A DNA stretch of 63,834 nucleotides, counting the filler, from Octopus bimaculoides (taxonomy: Eukaryota), in assembly GCF_001194135.2 (NCBI RefSeq). It is 7 parts of 6 records of this genome, joined end to end, with 100 filler letters (N's around TTAATTAATTAA, not from the genome) between each part and the next. Parts side by side here need not be neighbours in the genome. Positions count along the whole stretch, not along the records: positions 1 to 16,873 come from NC_068983.1; positions 16,974 to 40,675 come from NC_068992.1; 5 more parts are not named here. One strand, 5' to 3'. The translations under genes were made by a program, and so were the position numbers. Shown here one piece after another: positions 13,680-26,299 of the stretch (the stretch's first letter is position 1; every line of letters starts with the position of its first letter). The notes below the pieces were generated by a model, which was not told the DNA's origin, ran no database searches, and saw nothing but the letters and a program-made list of their open reading frames with translations.

Positions 13680-14849
13680 ACTCTGACCATGCATTGATCT
13701 TCACCCGACTGGATAAACATATCATCTACCTCTCCTTCTCTGCTATCTCCCGCTATACTGCCTTTTTGTTTTTTCTGCCTATGCACTCATTTACACCGCA
13801 ACTAGCTTGCGTGTACCATGATCCGTCCACTGGGTAAATCACTCCTCAAATAGCATATGTCTAGTTGATAAAGCAAATCAAGTCACCGTCAATATTTTTT
13901 TCATCTTACTCCAAAAGAAAACGGAATTTTGTAATACTATTTTATTCACTTAGTTTTACATGTTCAGATTTTATTGCCTTCAAAGTATTCTTCATTTGAA
14001 GCAATGCTTCGGCCCAGGCGTGTTTTCCGATATTTTCGAAGCAAAGATGGAACTCTTAACGTCTTCATCGTTTTTTTTTTCTTCACCTCTTCCACATCTG
14101 CAAATTCCGTAGCACCAGCTTTCGTCGCCAGTGNNNNNNNNNNNNNNNNNNNNNNNNNNNNNNNNNNNNNNNNNNNNNNNNNNNNNNNNNNNNNNNNNNN
14201 NNNNNNNNNNNNNNNNNNNNNNNNNNNNNNNNNNNNNNNNNNNNNNNNNNNNNNNNNNNNNNNNNNNNNNNNNNNNNNNNNNNNNNNNNNNNNNNNNNNN
14301 NNNNNNNNNNNNNNNNNNNNNNNNNNNNNNNNNNNNNNNNNNNNNNNNNNNNNNNNNNNNNNNNNNNNNNNNNNNNNNNNNNNNNNNNNNNNNNNNNNNN
14401 NNNNNNNNNNNNNNNNNNNNNNNNNNNNNNNNNNNNNNNNNNNNNNNNNNNNNNNNNNNNNNNNNNNNNNNNNNNNNNNNNNNNNNNNNNNNNNNNNNNN
14501 NNNNNNNNNNNNNNNNNNNNNNNNNNNNNNNNNNNNNNNNNNNNNNNNNNNNNNNNNNNNNNNNNNNNNNNNNNNNNNNNNNNNNNNNNNNNNNNNNNNN
14601 NNNNNNNNNNNNNNNNNNNNNNNNNNNNNNNNNNNNNNNNNNNNNNNNNNNNNNNNNNAATCGGCGAATAGGGGAGAAGCATTGCAAAACAGTGACGCAC
14701 CACGTGGCAGTAGGACTCCACTAGACGACGCCAGTCGGCAGACTGATGTCTGAGGGTCGCATCAAGTGGTTTCTATCGACGAAAGACTGAACTTTGACTG
14801 GCACGATCGACAGTGAACATTTCCGCTTACTTTTGGGTAACGCCTCGTA
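13680..14849 (-). mobile_element. Mariner (DD34D) transposon relic, mostly inside an N gap
   Basis: Terminal TA+CGAGGCGTTACCCAAAAGTAAGCGGAA at 14849-14821; TGDESWCY catalytic motif ending the gap at 14133; decayed frames further left. Left boundary uncertain. Confidence 0.75.
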
Positions 14850-14879
14850 TATATATTCTTTATTTTTTTTTTACTTGTT

Positions 14880-15088
14880 TTAGTCATTAGACTACAAACA
14901 TGCTGGAACATAGCCTTGAACTTTAGTCGAATGAATCGACTCCATTACTTTTGCTTTGTTTTTTAGTAGTTATTCAATCGGTTTCGTTTGCCGAATCACT
15001 AATTACAAGGACATAAACACACCAGCACCGGTTGTCAGGTGCTGGTCGGGGCAAACACACACACGCACACACATACATACATAATGCA

Positions 15089-15128
<40 letters not shown>

Positions 15129-15365
15129 CATATATATAATGTTCATATACATATATATGCGACGGGCTTCTTTCAGTTTCCGTCTATCAAATCCACGTCG
15201 GCCGAGGCTACAGTAGAAGACACTTGGCCAAGGTGTCATGCAGTGGGACTGGACCCTGAACCATGTGGTTGGGAAGCAAGCTTCTTACCACAATGCTACT
15301 CTTGCGCCTATATATATATGGTGCCCCAGCATGACTGCAGACTAATGATTGAAACAAGTAAAAAA
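14880..15365 (-). mobile_element. CORE-like SINE family B with internal microsatellite, plus adjacent tail
   Basis: Reverse complement of ...CACCTTGGCCAAGTGTCTTCTACTGTAGCCTCGGCCGAC...GATTTGATAGACGGAAACTGAAAGAAGCCCGTCG. Confidence 0.75.
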
Positions 15366-16917
15366 TCTATACCTATATCTATACATATAAGTATATATAT
15401 ATGTGCATGCGTGTATGGGTGTGTGTATGTTTATGCACACACAAACACACGCACGCGCACGCACACACAAATGTATGTATTTAAATGTATGCTCATGTGT
15501 GCGCGCGTGTATACATGTATGTGTACGCGAGTATACACGTGTGTGTGAGCCTGTGTGTGCATAGAGATGTTATGAAGGCATTTGGAGACGAAGAAACTTT
15601 ATTTACATTAACCTAACCGGTTGTGGAATGTTATGATTTTCAAAACTAGTGTGAAATTCAGGGGACGTAAAGTTATGCCGCAATAGTCATGTTCCACCAA
15701 CCCTCCCTCCTTTTTCTCTGTATGTGTATGCATATGTGTGTGTGTGCATGTTTGTGTTTGTGTGTGTTAAAGTGTATATATACTTTTTGCACAACACAAC
15801 GGGAATTTGAAAGAAAGCAAAATAAAATTTGAAAATCGACACTGACAAACAGTTTATCTCATCATTTCTAATAAATACATTCGTGTGCACGCCCGCCCGC
15901 ATAAGCACACACACTCGCTCACACACACACACGCACACACACACATTATACTGTCTATATAATAAAGAAACTTTTTCATTTTGTATTTTGTCCTGCAAGG
16001 CTATTGGTGAATTAACAATTGGTTTTCTGCATACAATAGTCTGTCAGATATATTTCTAATTATAGTTAAGAGAAGAAACAAATTCAACAATAAAAACCGT
16101 GAGATTGTAGCTAAAATATTTATTTCCTCAATTTATGAGTTTTAAAATTAGAATTGATAAGATTACGTAGTGGATGATAGAATTCCTAGAGCATTCGACG
16201 TAGCAGTTTTTCAATAGGTTTCTTTAGATTTTAAGCTCAAATATAGACAACTGTATCTATGTGAATTGTGTAAAATATTATAAAGTTTAGACGACGTTTC
16301 GAGATCATGCGGTTCCAGATTCGATCCCACTACAATCCGACGTCTTTAAATATATAAATATATTCAATAGTATACAACTGCATTACTTTGAGTAAAATAT
16401 ATTGTCGGTTTTGTAGATTAAAACTGCAAGGAAATATGTCATATATATACACACACATACGAGTTACTGTGAGGATAAGTAAGTTGTCTTGCTACGAAGT
16501 GTATTCTATAAGGAGAATACCTTTGATCTCTCTTACTCTTTCTGTACACACACACACACACACACATACACACATGTATATATACAGAGAGAGAGAGGCA
16601 AGAATGGAGTACAAATTTCAAAGGTCAAATTCTTTTGTCAAATTAAATCAGTTCGCATCATAGGCATATTAGTATACAGTATCAATTCAAGTACAAATAT
16701 ACAAAAATGAAAGCGTACAATGCATACATGTTCCTGCATTAAAACGTTCGGTGTTAAGAATTCAAATTTTAAGAATCGATGAAGAAGTTAGAAGGCAGGA
16801 ATCTAAGGAGGGGTGGTATACAATAAATTAGGAGGAATCTTTAGTGAGTGTGTATATATATATATATATATATNNNNNNNNNNNNNNNNNNNNNNNNNNN
16901 NNNNNNNNNNNNNNNNN

Positions 16918-16929
16918 TTAATTAATTAA
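16918..16929. other. Artificial six-frame-stop linker TTAATTAATTAA inside a 100-bp spacer (also 40720, 48375, 55246, 57462, 60950)
   Basis: Identical N44-linker-N44 layout six times. Confidence 0.95.
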
Positions 16930-16973
16930 NNNNNNNNNNNNNNNNNNNNNNNNNNNNNNNNNNNNNNNNNNNN

Positions 16974-17015
<42 letters not shown>

Positions 17016-18117
17016 GTGTGTGTGTGCATGTATGTATGCATGTATGTATATATACCAATCCTTGACATCCTGGAAGATGGATGTTAAATGATAATTATGA
17101 TCCTGATGGTAATGTTGATACATTTCTTTCATCTTCACTGCTTTGTTTTTCTTCTGATGAAGGATTAATGTCTAAAATTTTAAGACTCTTACACTTAGTG
17201 TTTGTTAAAATTTATCCCTCTTGTGTTGTCTATTTTTTCTATTTTGTTCATTAAATTTACACTGTACCCATACATATACATGTGTATGTATATGTATGTC
17301 TGTACACACACATACACACACCCACATATATACATACATACACCCACATATATGCATACATACATACATGCATACATACATTGAAGTATACTCACAGGTA
17401 TATTTAAAAGCAGTAATAAGTGCAAGTGCATTCATTACGTAATATTCCATCAGTCCAAAAAAGAATAAAGAGAAGAAAAGAAATCTTGTTTATAGGGAAG
17501 AGATGAAAGAGACAGAAAGAAAGAGAGAGAGGGGAGAGAGAGAGAGAGAGAGAGGCAGAAAGAGAAGGAAAGCGTGGGAGTTGGAGAGAGAATGGGAAGG
17601 TGGCTGTATTGATGATGTGAAAACTAACATAATAATGAGGCCACTGGTGTGATAATGGCTATAGGAAATAGTGAAACAGTATTATATTGATGGACATTTA
17701 CATGAATAAAGACATAGATCAGTGTGTTGATAACAACTACAAAGTGGTATTGGTGTGATGGTGGTGGAGGTGGAGGTGGTGTGATGGGTGGGTATGGGAG
17801 AAGTTAATGAATATTGTATTAGGCTATGTGTTGATCTGGAAATAGAGGAGTTAAATTAAAACACAGCATACACACATTCAAACACTCAAATGTATATATG
17901 CATAACATAAATATAAAGTATATATGTGTGTGTGTGTGTGTGTGTGCATGTGCGTATGAGCGTGTGTGCCTGTGCGTGTGTGTATATGTGTGTGCATGTG
18001 TATGTGTGTGTGCATGCGTATGTGTGTTTGTATTTGTATGTATAAATGTATCTATATGTAAATTTATTATTCTTAAACAATAATGTTATTGACAGTGACT
18101 TCGAAGTTTTGGCCATC

Positions 18118-18172
<55 letters not shown>

Positions 18173-18209
18173 GAGTGTTTGAATGTGTGTATATATATAT
18201 ATATATATA

Positions 18210-18565
18210 TATTGGGTCATCCATAAATAATGTTTTTTTTACACTTCTTTTATTTTTCAAACTTTAGATAAACAAAGTTCTTTTTCCATCCAAAATATAC
18301 TCTCCTTCATTTTCTACAGTGCTCTTCTATCTATCTGGTAGACTTACAAGGCCCCTCTTCCAAAATTCACTTGTCTGTGATGAAAAATATTCTTCCAGTA
18401 CTGTTCTGACCTTGTCTGCAGAATTCATATTTTTTCCTTCCAAATGATTTTGAAGACTATGGAATGAACGATAATCAGATGGGGCAAACTGCTCCAGCCT
18501 CTGGAACGTCATCCTTGCTGTATGTGGCTGAGCATTATCCTGATTGAAGAACATCTTATATCGGA
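18210..18565 (-). mobile_element. Mariner transposase 3' relic with terminal inverted repeat
   Basis: FFNQDNAQPHTARMTFQRLEQF-APSDYRSFHSLQNHLEGK...FWKRGLVSLPDR has the DNA-x-PH and APSDY motifs with YSPDL deleted. End TATTGGGTCATCCATAAATAA sits in a (TA)n array. Confidence 0.85.
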
Positions 18566-19264
18566 AATAAAGTGGGACTAAAAAACAGCAGCAGCAACAA
18601 CAACAAACACAAAAACACCAACACCAAGATGAGCAAAACTTGTTGGCAAGATATTGAAAAATCTTTATGACACAATCACAAGAGTGAATTTGCACAGAAG
18701 CCAAAATAATTGATCTCAGCAAGTTTTAGTGTAAAAGCTTAACAATAAGCAAGGCTTATCATTACAGTTCAAGGCCAGAGATTATCAATTTGAATAACAA
18801 CAAACATTATCCTGAAATTAGGATTTAACAACTTAATCTTCTCTGATTTCACCTAAAACACAGACAATCCACATCTTAAGAAAACAAAAACCAAGTATTG
18901 CTGCTACAATAGTGGTTAGTACTGTATATGTCACTATATGTACAATAGGAATTTCAATAATAACAAAAGAAGTCTCCCCCAAACAGGGGGTTGTCTTAGA
19001 TACTGAGTATAAAATTTGAACCTTAACACACTGTAGCTTAGGAAGTCATAGTGGCAATGGAGAATAGAATAAAATAACATAAAACACTTGCATAGCTCCT
19101 ACAGTCTGACAACCAGATATTTTCTACTGAATTTTAGCTGATATGCTAGGAAGCTGGATTAATGATAAGATTAAACAAAAAAATATATCATAAATTTACA
19201 CCTTTACTTTTTCATTTGATTTTAAAATGTGAATTAGTATATCAAACGTTTGTGTGTTTGGGTG

Positions 19265-19296
<32 letters not shown>

Positions 19297-19511
19297 TGTA
19301 TGTATGTATGTATGTATGTATGTATGTATGTATGTCATTGTTCAGTTTTATTTCAAGGTTCCTTGCCAATAGAGAAAGAACCGGTTTCTAACCTAGATCC
19401 AAGGCTCCTTCACTGGAATTTCAACATCAACAACAGGGTATATGTGCAAATTTGTATGTTTTGCTTCATGTATGTATTCTCATGCATGTAGTTGCATATC
19501 TAGACATGCTC

Positions 19512-19544
<33 letters not shown>

Positions 19545-19646
19545 TGTATGTGTGGAAAGTTAAATGTCTTAACTTCTCCACCAAAATATATTACTTCTCT
19601 AATGCTTTAGTGTGTGCTTTTTTTTCATATATATGAACTACTGGTG

Positions 19647-19694
<48 letters not shown>

Positions 19695-20422
19695 GTAGGT
19701 ATTGCAAATTTTATAATACTTGATAATTGTAAGCACCTGTATATGCCAGATAGTGGCCGAGGTGAAAGAATATAATGTTTTGTTTTAATTTTATATATAT
19801 ATACATATAGAGGTGTGTTTTTATAATAAATGTATTCAGTTAATATGACTCTTTTATAACTTACCGATCTAATCAAATCAATTAGAATAGACAAGACTGA
19901 AGACCCATGTGATACAATCTGAACACAATCCTACCAGTAATCTCATGAAGCAAGATGGAATTTACAGATTAACAGCAAAACATACAGTGTATTTCATCAA
20001 TGTGTATTATAAAGCTCTGGTAAAAACGCATTTGGTGATAAAGGATGATGTTCCACAGTCACAGAGGTATTGGGTTCCACTATATGCACCTTCGAGACAC
20101 TGCATCAACGGTAAAATATTGGTTTGTGGGGTGGGACATTAAATCGATTACATTGGCCCCAGCACTCCGCTGGTACTTATTTTATCAATGCTGAAAGGAT
20201 GAAAGGCAAAACTGACCACGAGGGCATTTGAGTTCTGAACATAAAACCAGACAAAATACTGCTAATCATTTTGCTTGGCGTGCTAATGATTCTGTGAGCT
20301 TGCTACCTTCATCAAGAGTGTAATATTGCCAAGTAGTCTTATACTGTGAGTACAGATCAACGCCTGTATTTTAATAGGAAGTTATAGGGTTGTTTTATAT
20401 ACCAAGTTGGCTTATATACTGG

Positions 20423-20810
20423 ACGAGCAATGGCCCAGTGGTTAGGGCAGCGGACTCGCGGTCGTAGGATCGCGGTTTCGATTCCCAGACCGGGCTTTGT
20501 GAGTGTTTATTGAGCGAAAACACCTAAAGCTCCACGAGGGTCCGGCAGGGGATGGTGGCGAACCCTACTGTACTCTTTCACCACAACTTTCTCTCACTCT
20601 TACTTCTTGTTTCTGTTGTGCCTGTAATTCAAAGGGTCAGCCTTGTCACACTGTGTCACGCTGAATCTCCCCGAGAACTACATTAAAGGTACACGTGTCT
20701 GTGGAGTGCTCAGCCACTTTCATGTTAATTTCACGAGCAGGCTGTTCCGTTGATCAGATCAACTGAAACCCTCGACGTCGTAAGCGATGGAGTGCCAAGA
20801 AAAAAAAGAA
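20423..20810 (+). mobile_element. Intact tRNA-derived SINE family C with target-site duplication
   Basis: A box TGGCCCAGTGG, B box GTTTCGATTCC, A-rich tail; 14-bp direct repeat GGCTTATATACTGG at 20409-20422 and 20811-20824. Confidence 0.92.
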
Positions 20811-21084
20811 GGCTTATATACTGGTATATATGCTAAACCCTTTGTATAAAATTCTCACAGATCTTAAAATATTAGACATAACTTTCTAGAAATGACATTT
20901 CACATATTTTCTCATGTATCTAAAATTGCCTCATCAAGTTTAGAATACATCTTCTGCAAAACCCGGTTAGGAAATTTGAACATAGAATATTAAGCTTGAA
21001 GAAATCTCACTAAGAATTTTGTCCAATACGTTAATGGTTCTGCTACCCCACTGCTCTAATAATTCTTTCTTTCAAATTTTGACA

Positions 21085-21512
21085 CTAGACCAGCAATTTT
21101 AGGGGTAGCATAAGTTGATTACATCAATCTCAGTACTTGACTGGTTTTTTTTTTATGACCCCGTCCCCCCAAAAGAATGAAAGGCATGGTCAGCTTTGGC
21201 AGTATTTGAACTTAAAACATTGTCAGGAGAAATGTCATTAAAGATTTTACCCCAAATGCAGATGCTTCTTCCACCCAGCACACTGCTTTAATAATCCTTT
21301 CTATTATCAGCACAAGGCCTGACATTTTGGGGGAGGGAGATAGTCGATTACATCAACCCCCCAGTGTTCAACTGGTATTTATGTCATCGATTGTGAAAGG
21401 ATGAAAGGCAAAGTCGACTGTGCCGGAATTTGAACCGAGAACATAAATACTGAGAAAATGTCTCAAAGTGTTTTGTCTGAAGTGTTAACGATTCTACCAG
21501 CGCACTGCCGTC
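21085..21512 (-). mobile_element. Two tandem CpG-decayed SINE A copies (another at 20140-20315)
   Basis: Family A body and tail on the minus strand. Confidence 0.75.
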
Positions 21513-21938
21513 TCTCTGCTTTAATAATGGCTTCAAATTCCGACAAAAGGTCAGCAATTTTAAGGGGGAGACAGTTGTTGACAACAACCCTGATATATGA
21601 CTGGTACCACATTCCATTGACCTCAGAAGAATGAAAGCTCAAGTTGACTTTTTTTGTGTTATTAGAACTCAGATGGCAAAGAGTCACCACAAGGCATATA
21701 TTCTGATGCCCTACCAATTCCACGAAGAATAAATAATGATAATAGATGAGAAAATATGTGAGATGAAGGGTTGAATAAGAGAGTGAAAGAGTGAGAAAAA
21801 GAGGAAGAGAAAGAAAGAAAGAGAGAGAGAGAGGGGGATGGGAGGGAGGTAGAGATGAAAAGAGAAAATTACATGTGAGAAATAATTCTATACATGTATG
21901 TGTATGTATGCTGTATGCAGTGTATGTATATATGTGTT

Positions 21939-21975
<37 letters not shown>

Positions 21976-22682
21976 ATGTGTGTGTTGTATGCAGTATATG
22001 TATGTATGCATATGTTTGTGTGTGAATGTGTTTTGATTTGTTCAAAGTACTGAGGAATTTCAAAATAAACTTTTTTAAGAAACTGCTCAGATAATTCCAT
22101 ATGTATTTGAGCAGCTTATTAAAAAGATATACACACACACATACACAGACGTGCACTCACATGAATATGACTAAAAGTGAGACATCATAGACAGCAATTA
22201 CCATGTTTTCGAGGGCTGAAACCATAATAAATCCGGATAACATAGCTGATGATGGGTGTTTCCATGTGTCTTTGCTGTCCTGTTCATTAATTGTTATCCA
22301 TGTCATCTCACTAGTATGTATATTTGTAGTTCTAGTGCATACAGATTCTATTTTTCCTGTTTATATATATATATATATATATATATACATACATACACAA
22401 AATATACTTATATATATATATACATATAAATATATATATATATGCACACACTCATACATATATATATACATGTATATTTATACATACATACAGTCATATA
22501 CATATATATATATATATGATATATATATACAATANNNNNNNNNNNNNNNNNNNNNNNNNNNNNNNNNNNNNNNNNNNNNNNNNNNNNNNNNNNNNNNNNN
22601 NNNNNNNNNNNNNNNNNNNNNNNNNNNNNNNATATATATATATTTATACATCAGTATTTATGTATTCATGTACATACATACA

Positions 22683-22720
<38 letters not shown>

Positions 22721-23064
22721 GTTATGGAATATAAGTTTAGATTAGTAATAAAATAAGCAACTGAGCCAAACTTACACCACATTCATCTAGAAACGTACAT
22801 AATGTTTCTTTGTCTGTCTGTTTGTCTCCCTGTCTCTTTTCTTGTTTTGTATGTGTTTTTTTAAAATCTTTTTGTTTCTTTTTACCAAATTAATATGACA
22901 TGTTTTCATGTATTGGCTATTTGGTTTTGTTCCATTCATGGTAGGAATTCAATTTTGAAAAAATGTATTTCATTTATTTAATTATTTATTTATTATTATT
23001 TTTTTTTTTTATTCTCCTACGACTTCAACGATATTCAAAGAATTTTATTAGATGAAGTTCTCAC

Positions 23065-23134
23065 CTTAGCCATATCCACTAATGTGTTTTGGTTTTCGTT
23101 TAATTTCCTCTGATCCATTTTAACTCTTCGAAGA
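23065..23134 (-). CDS. KCNN: SK/KCNN exon, end of calmodulin-binding domain and start of coiled coil
   Basis: 70-nt phase 2-0 exon with acceptor tttttcatttccccag and donor AAG|gtgaga. Translates (S)LRRVKMDQRKLNENQNTLVDMAK; phase matches the previous exon. Confidence 0.96.
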
Positions 23135-23489
23135 CTGGGGAAATGAAAAAAAAGAACACATTTTAGGAATAAACAGGAGTTCTAAAACTGCCTCTGTCAC
23201 CACCATCACTACCATCATCATCAGCATTACAATCTTCATTACCAACACCAACATCCCATCCAGGTGCAGAATATAGACGCCATAGAAACCAGGAAACCAG
23301 CCCCTGTGAGTTGGTATGATTCTAAAAGGTAACTTTACTTACCAATTGTTACTGGATTATTGTTGTATAAACATTAATCAATCATTTTGTTTGATGCCTA
23401 AAGTTTTGATGATGTGCAATTCTTATTGAATTGATGTATGATCCTTAAAGGGTTGTTAATTTTTAAACTTTGAGATGTTGCTGGCATTT

Positions 23490-23945
23490 AATCCTTATCA
23501 GACTATTGATTCAAGATCCCTAGGAGATTGCTAGTTTTGTGATCTTGTTTTGATTTTTGGTGTTGTACTTAGGGGATTGCTAGATCATGAGGCTTATTGG
23601 TTTGTTAGTTTATGGTCCTTCGGGGATTACTAGTTCATGATCCTTATTGAATTTTTGGTGTGCAATCCTTAGGTGATTGCTAGTGTTTGATCATTACATA
23701 GTTACTAGTGTGTGAACCTTACTTGATTCTTTGAGAGTAATCCATATGGGATTGCTGGTATGTGATCCTTATTGGATTAGTGTGCAGAATCCATAATCAA
23801 TTGTTCATGATTGGTTTTTAATTGAATGCTTCAGGGATACCCATTTTGGGATACTTATTGAATTATTTTTGTGCGATCCTTAGTGAATTGCTGTTATGTG
23901 ATTCTTAGTGAATCCCTAGAATGTGTTCCTTAGGGTTTTACTTCC
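23490..23945. repeat. Degenerate minisatellite (core TGATCCTTAGGGGATTGCTAGT) in an SK intron
   Basis: Many diverged copies, e.g. gatccctaggagattgctagt, cttaggggattgctagat, ccttcggggattactagt, atccttaggtgattgctagt. Confidence 0.7.
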
Positions 23946-24007
23946 ATAAAAAGAAGCAAACAAACAAAACTAAAACAACAACAACAACAACAACAACTTA
24001 TGGTTAC

Positions 24008-24135
24008 CTGTGAATGGCTTGAAGAAATTTTCTTTGGTGACTCCGAACTCTGCTAGCGTTGACTTTTTTCACAAGTTTAGTGTATTTATAAATAAGCCAG
24101 GTTTCTCGTAATACATTTGCAGCAGCATTTTTTAG
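24008..24135 (-). CDS. KCNN: SK/KCNN exon, calmodulin-binding domain
   Basis: 128-nt phase 0-2 exon with acceptor ccgaccaatgaaag and donor CAG|gtaacc. Translates [42 protein letters not shown], in frame with the 30470 exon. Confidence 0.97.
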
Positions 24136-24156
24136 CTTTCATTGGTCGGAGTGAAA

Positions 24157-24157
<1 letters not shown>

Positions 24158-24200
<43 letters not shown>
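24158..24200 (-). promoter_or_regulatory. Poly(T)43 polypyrimidine tract of the SK exon acceptor
   Basis: 43-nt A run on the plus strand, continuing as a purine tract to about 24234; ends 22 nt before the exon with no intervening AG on the minus strand. Confidence 0.6.
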
Positions 24201-24203
<3 letters not shown>

Positions 24204-24454
24204 AGAGAGAAGAAAAAAGAAAGAAAAAAAGAAACAATCTATATAGCAATTGTTGAGTGAAGATTATCATTATTGGTTAACAATTGGTTAGTAATTGAAA
24301 TTTTTGTAATGTGACATGTATCATGCGATGGTATTAAAATTACACAATATGGTATTGTTCAGACAATATTATTATTACTATTATTGTTCTTCTTCTTATT
24401 ATTATCATTATCATTATTATTATTGTCATTATTATTATTCTTATTATTTCAAAT

Positions 24455-24590
24455 TTTGCTGGGGCCGACTATACCTTTCATCCTTTCAGGGTCAATAAAA
24501 TAAGTACCAGTTGAATACTGGAGTTGATGTAATTGTCTTACTCCTTCCCCACAAAATTGCTGGCCTTGTACCAAAATTAGAAACCATTAT
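24455..24590 (+). mobile_element. Headless CpG-decayed SINE A
   Basis: CCTTTCATCCTTTCAGGGTCAATAAAATAAGTACCAG body with GGCCTTGTACC tail. Confidence 0.75.
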
Positions 24591-25674
24591 TCTAATTCTG
24601 ATTATTGTGAAACACTGGGGTCAATTTAATCAACAAGTCCCCTTCTCACAAATTTGAGGCCTTGTGCCTCCAACAGAAAGGATTATTATTATTATTATTA
24701 TTATTATTATCATTATTATTATTATTATCTTTCTTCTTCTTCTTCTTCTTATCATTATTATTATTATTATTATCATCATTATTATTATTATTACTGTTCA
24801 GTAGTTTTATTTTTATAGCGTGCTTTCACTTCACTACTGAGCGCAGCTCTGTGTGCCTTGGGTATGTGCTGTGGTTTGCTGTGATGCTCTTATGGTTACT
24901 GTATTGAAAGTGTTTTGCGTAGGATGTGTGCAGTGCCCAGTAGTGCAATTTTCTGTATGTTATATATATATTTGTAAGTCATGGTGTTTTTGTTATGTAT
25001 TTGTCTGAATATTTTTTTATCATACCTAAGGCACCTACTATGATAGGAATTGTTTGTTTTTAGATTCCACATTCGAGTTACCTCTATTTCCAGGTCTTTG
25101 TATTTTGAAATTTTTCCATTTCTTTTAGGGAAACGTTGTCATCTGCTGGTATCTTTATTATNNNNNNNNNNNNNNNNNNNNNNNNNNNNNNNNNNNNNNN
25201 NNNNNNNNNNNNNNNNNNNNNNNNNNNNNNNNNNNNNNNNNNNNNNNNNNNNNNNNNNNNNNNNNNNNNNNNNNNNNNNNNNNNNNNNNNNNNNNNNNNN
25301 NNNNNNNNNNNNNNNNNNNNNNNNNNNNNNNNNNNNNNNNNNNNNNNNNNNNNNNNNNNNNNNNNNNNNNNNNNNNNNNNNNNNNNNNNNNNNNNNNNNN
25401 NNNNNNNNNNNNNNNNNNNNNNNNNNNNNNNNNNNNNNNNNNNNNNNNNNNNNNNNNNNNNNNNNNNNNNNNNNNNNNNNNNNNNNNNNNNNNNNNNNNN
25501 NNNNNNNNNNNNNNNNNNNNNNNNNNNNNNNNNNNNNNNNNNNNNNNNNNNNNNNNNNNNNNNNNNNNNNNNNNNNNNNNNNNNNNNNNNNNNNNNNNNN
25601 NNNNNNNNNNNNNNNNNNNNNNNNNNNNNNNNNNNNNNNNNNNNNNNNNNNNNNNNNNNNNNNNNNNNNNNNNN

Positions 25675-25752
<78 letters not shown>

Positions 25753-25789
25753 CTACAAGTGGTATTGTTCACTTCTAGTTCTCTTTGGA

Positions 25790-26135
25790 AAACATGTTTG
25801 GCCATAGGGAAATATTGCTTTGTTTGGGAACAGGTGAGAGTTGATGACAGGAAGAGCATCCAACCACAGAGAATATGCCTCAATGAATTCTGCCTGATGC
25901 ATGCAAGCATGGAAAACTTGGAGGTAAATGATGATGATGATGATGGTGATGACAACTACGATGATGACAACAATGATGATGAAGATGATGATGATGACAA
26001 CAATGACACCGCCGATGACGATGATGGTGATGATAATGACAATGACAATGACGGCAACAATGATGATGATGATGAGGAAGATAATGATGATGATGATGAG
26101 GAGGAAGATAATGATGATGATGATGATGATATTCA
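25790..26135 (+). repeat. Retroelement 3' tail followed by an expanded (GAT)n/(GAC)n array
   Basis: GGAAGAGCATCCAACC...GCAAGCATGGAAAA...GGTAAATGATGATGAT; a similar tail to (GAT)n junction occurs near 35490-35535. Confidence 0.65.
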
Positions 26136-26299
26136 CATGGTTACAGTGACTAATCCTTAAAGAGTAAACCAATAATCCATGGCCTCACATTTTGACAGAG
26201 GTGGGCATGGTTAATTAAATCAAACACCTGCATTTAACAAATTCTCTATTTCATCAACCCCAGAAAAATGCAAGACAACAATTCCAAATCTAATCGGAT

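Noticed and set aside
17080-17145. Possible SK terminal exon RKQSSEDERNVSTLPSGS-stop
   Set aside because: Needs a phase-2 upstream exon that was not found; no SK similarity.
25759-26160. 133-aa acidic ORF (poly-Asp) and overlapping poly-Met and poly-Ile ORFs
   Set aside because: They are translations of a (GAT)n array grown from a retroelement tail inside an SK intron.
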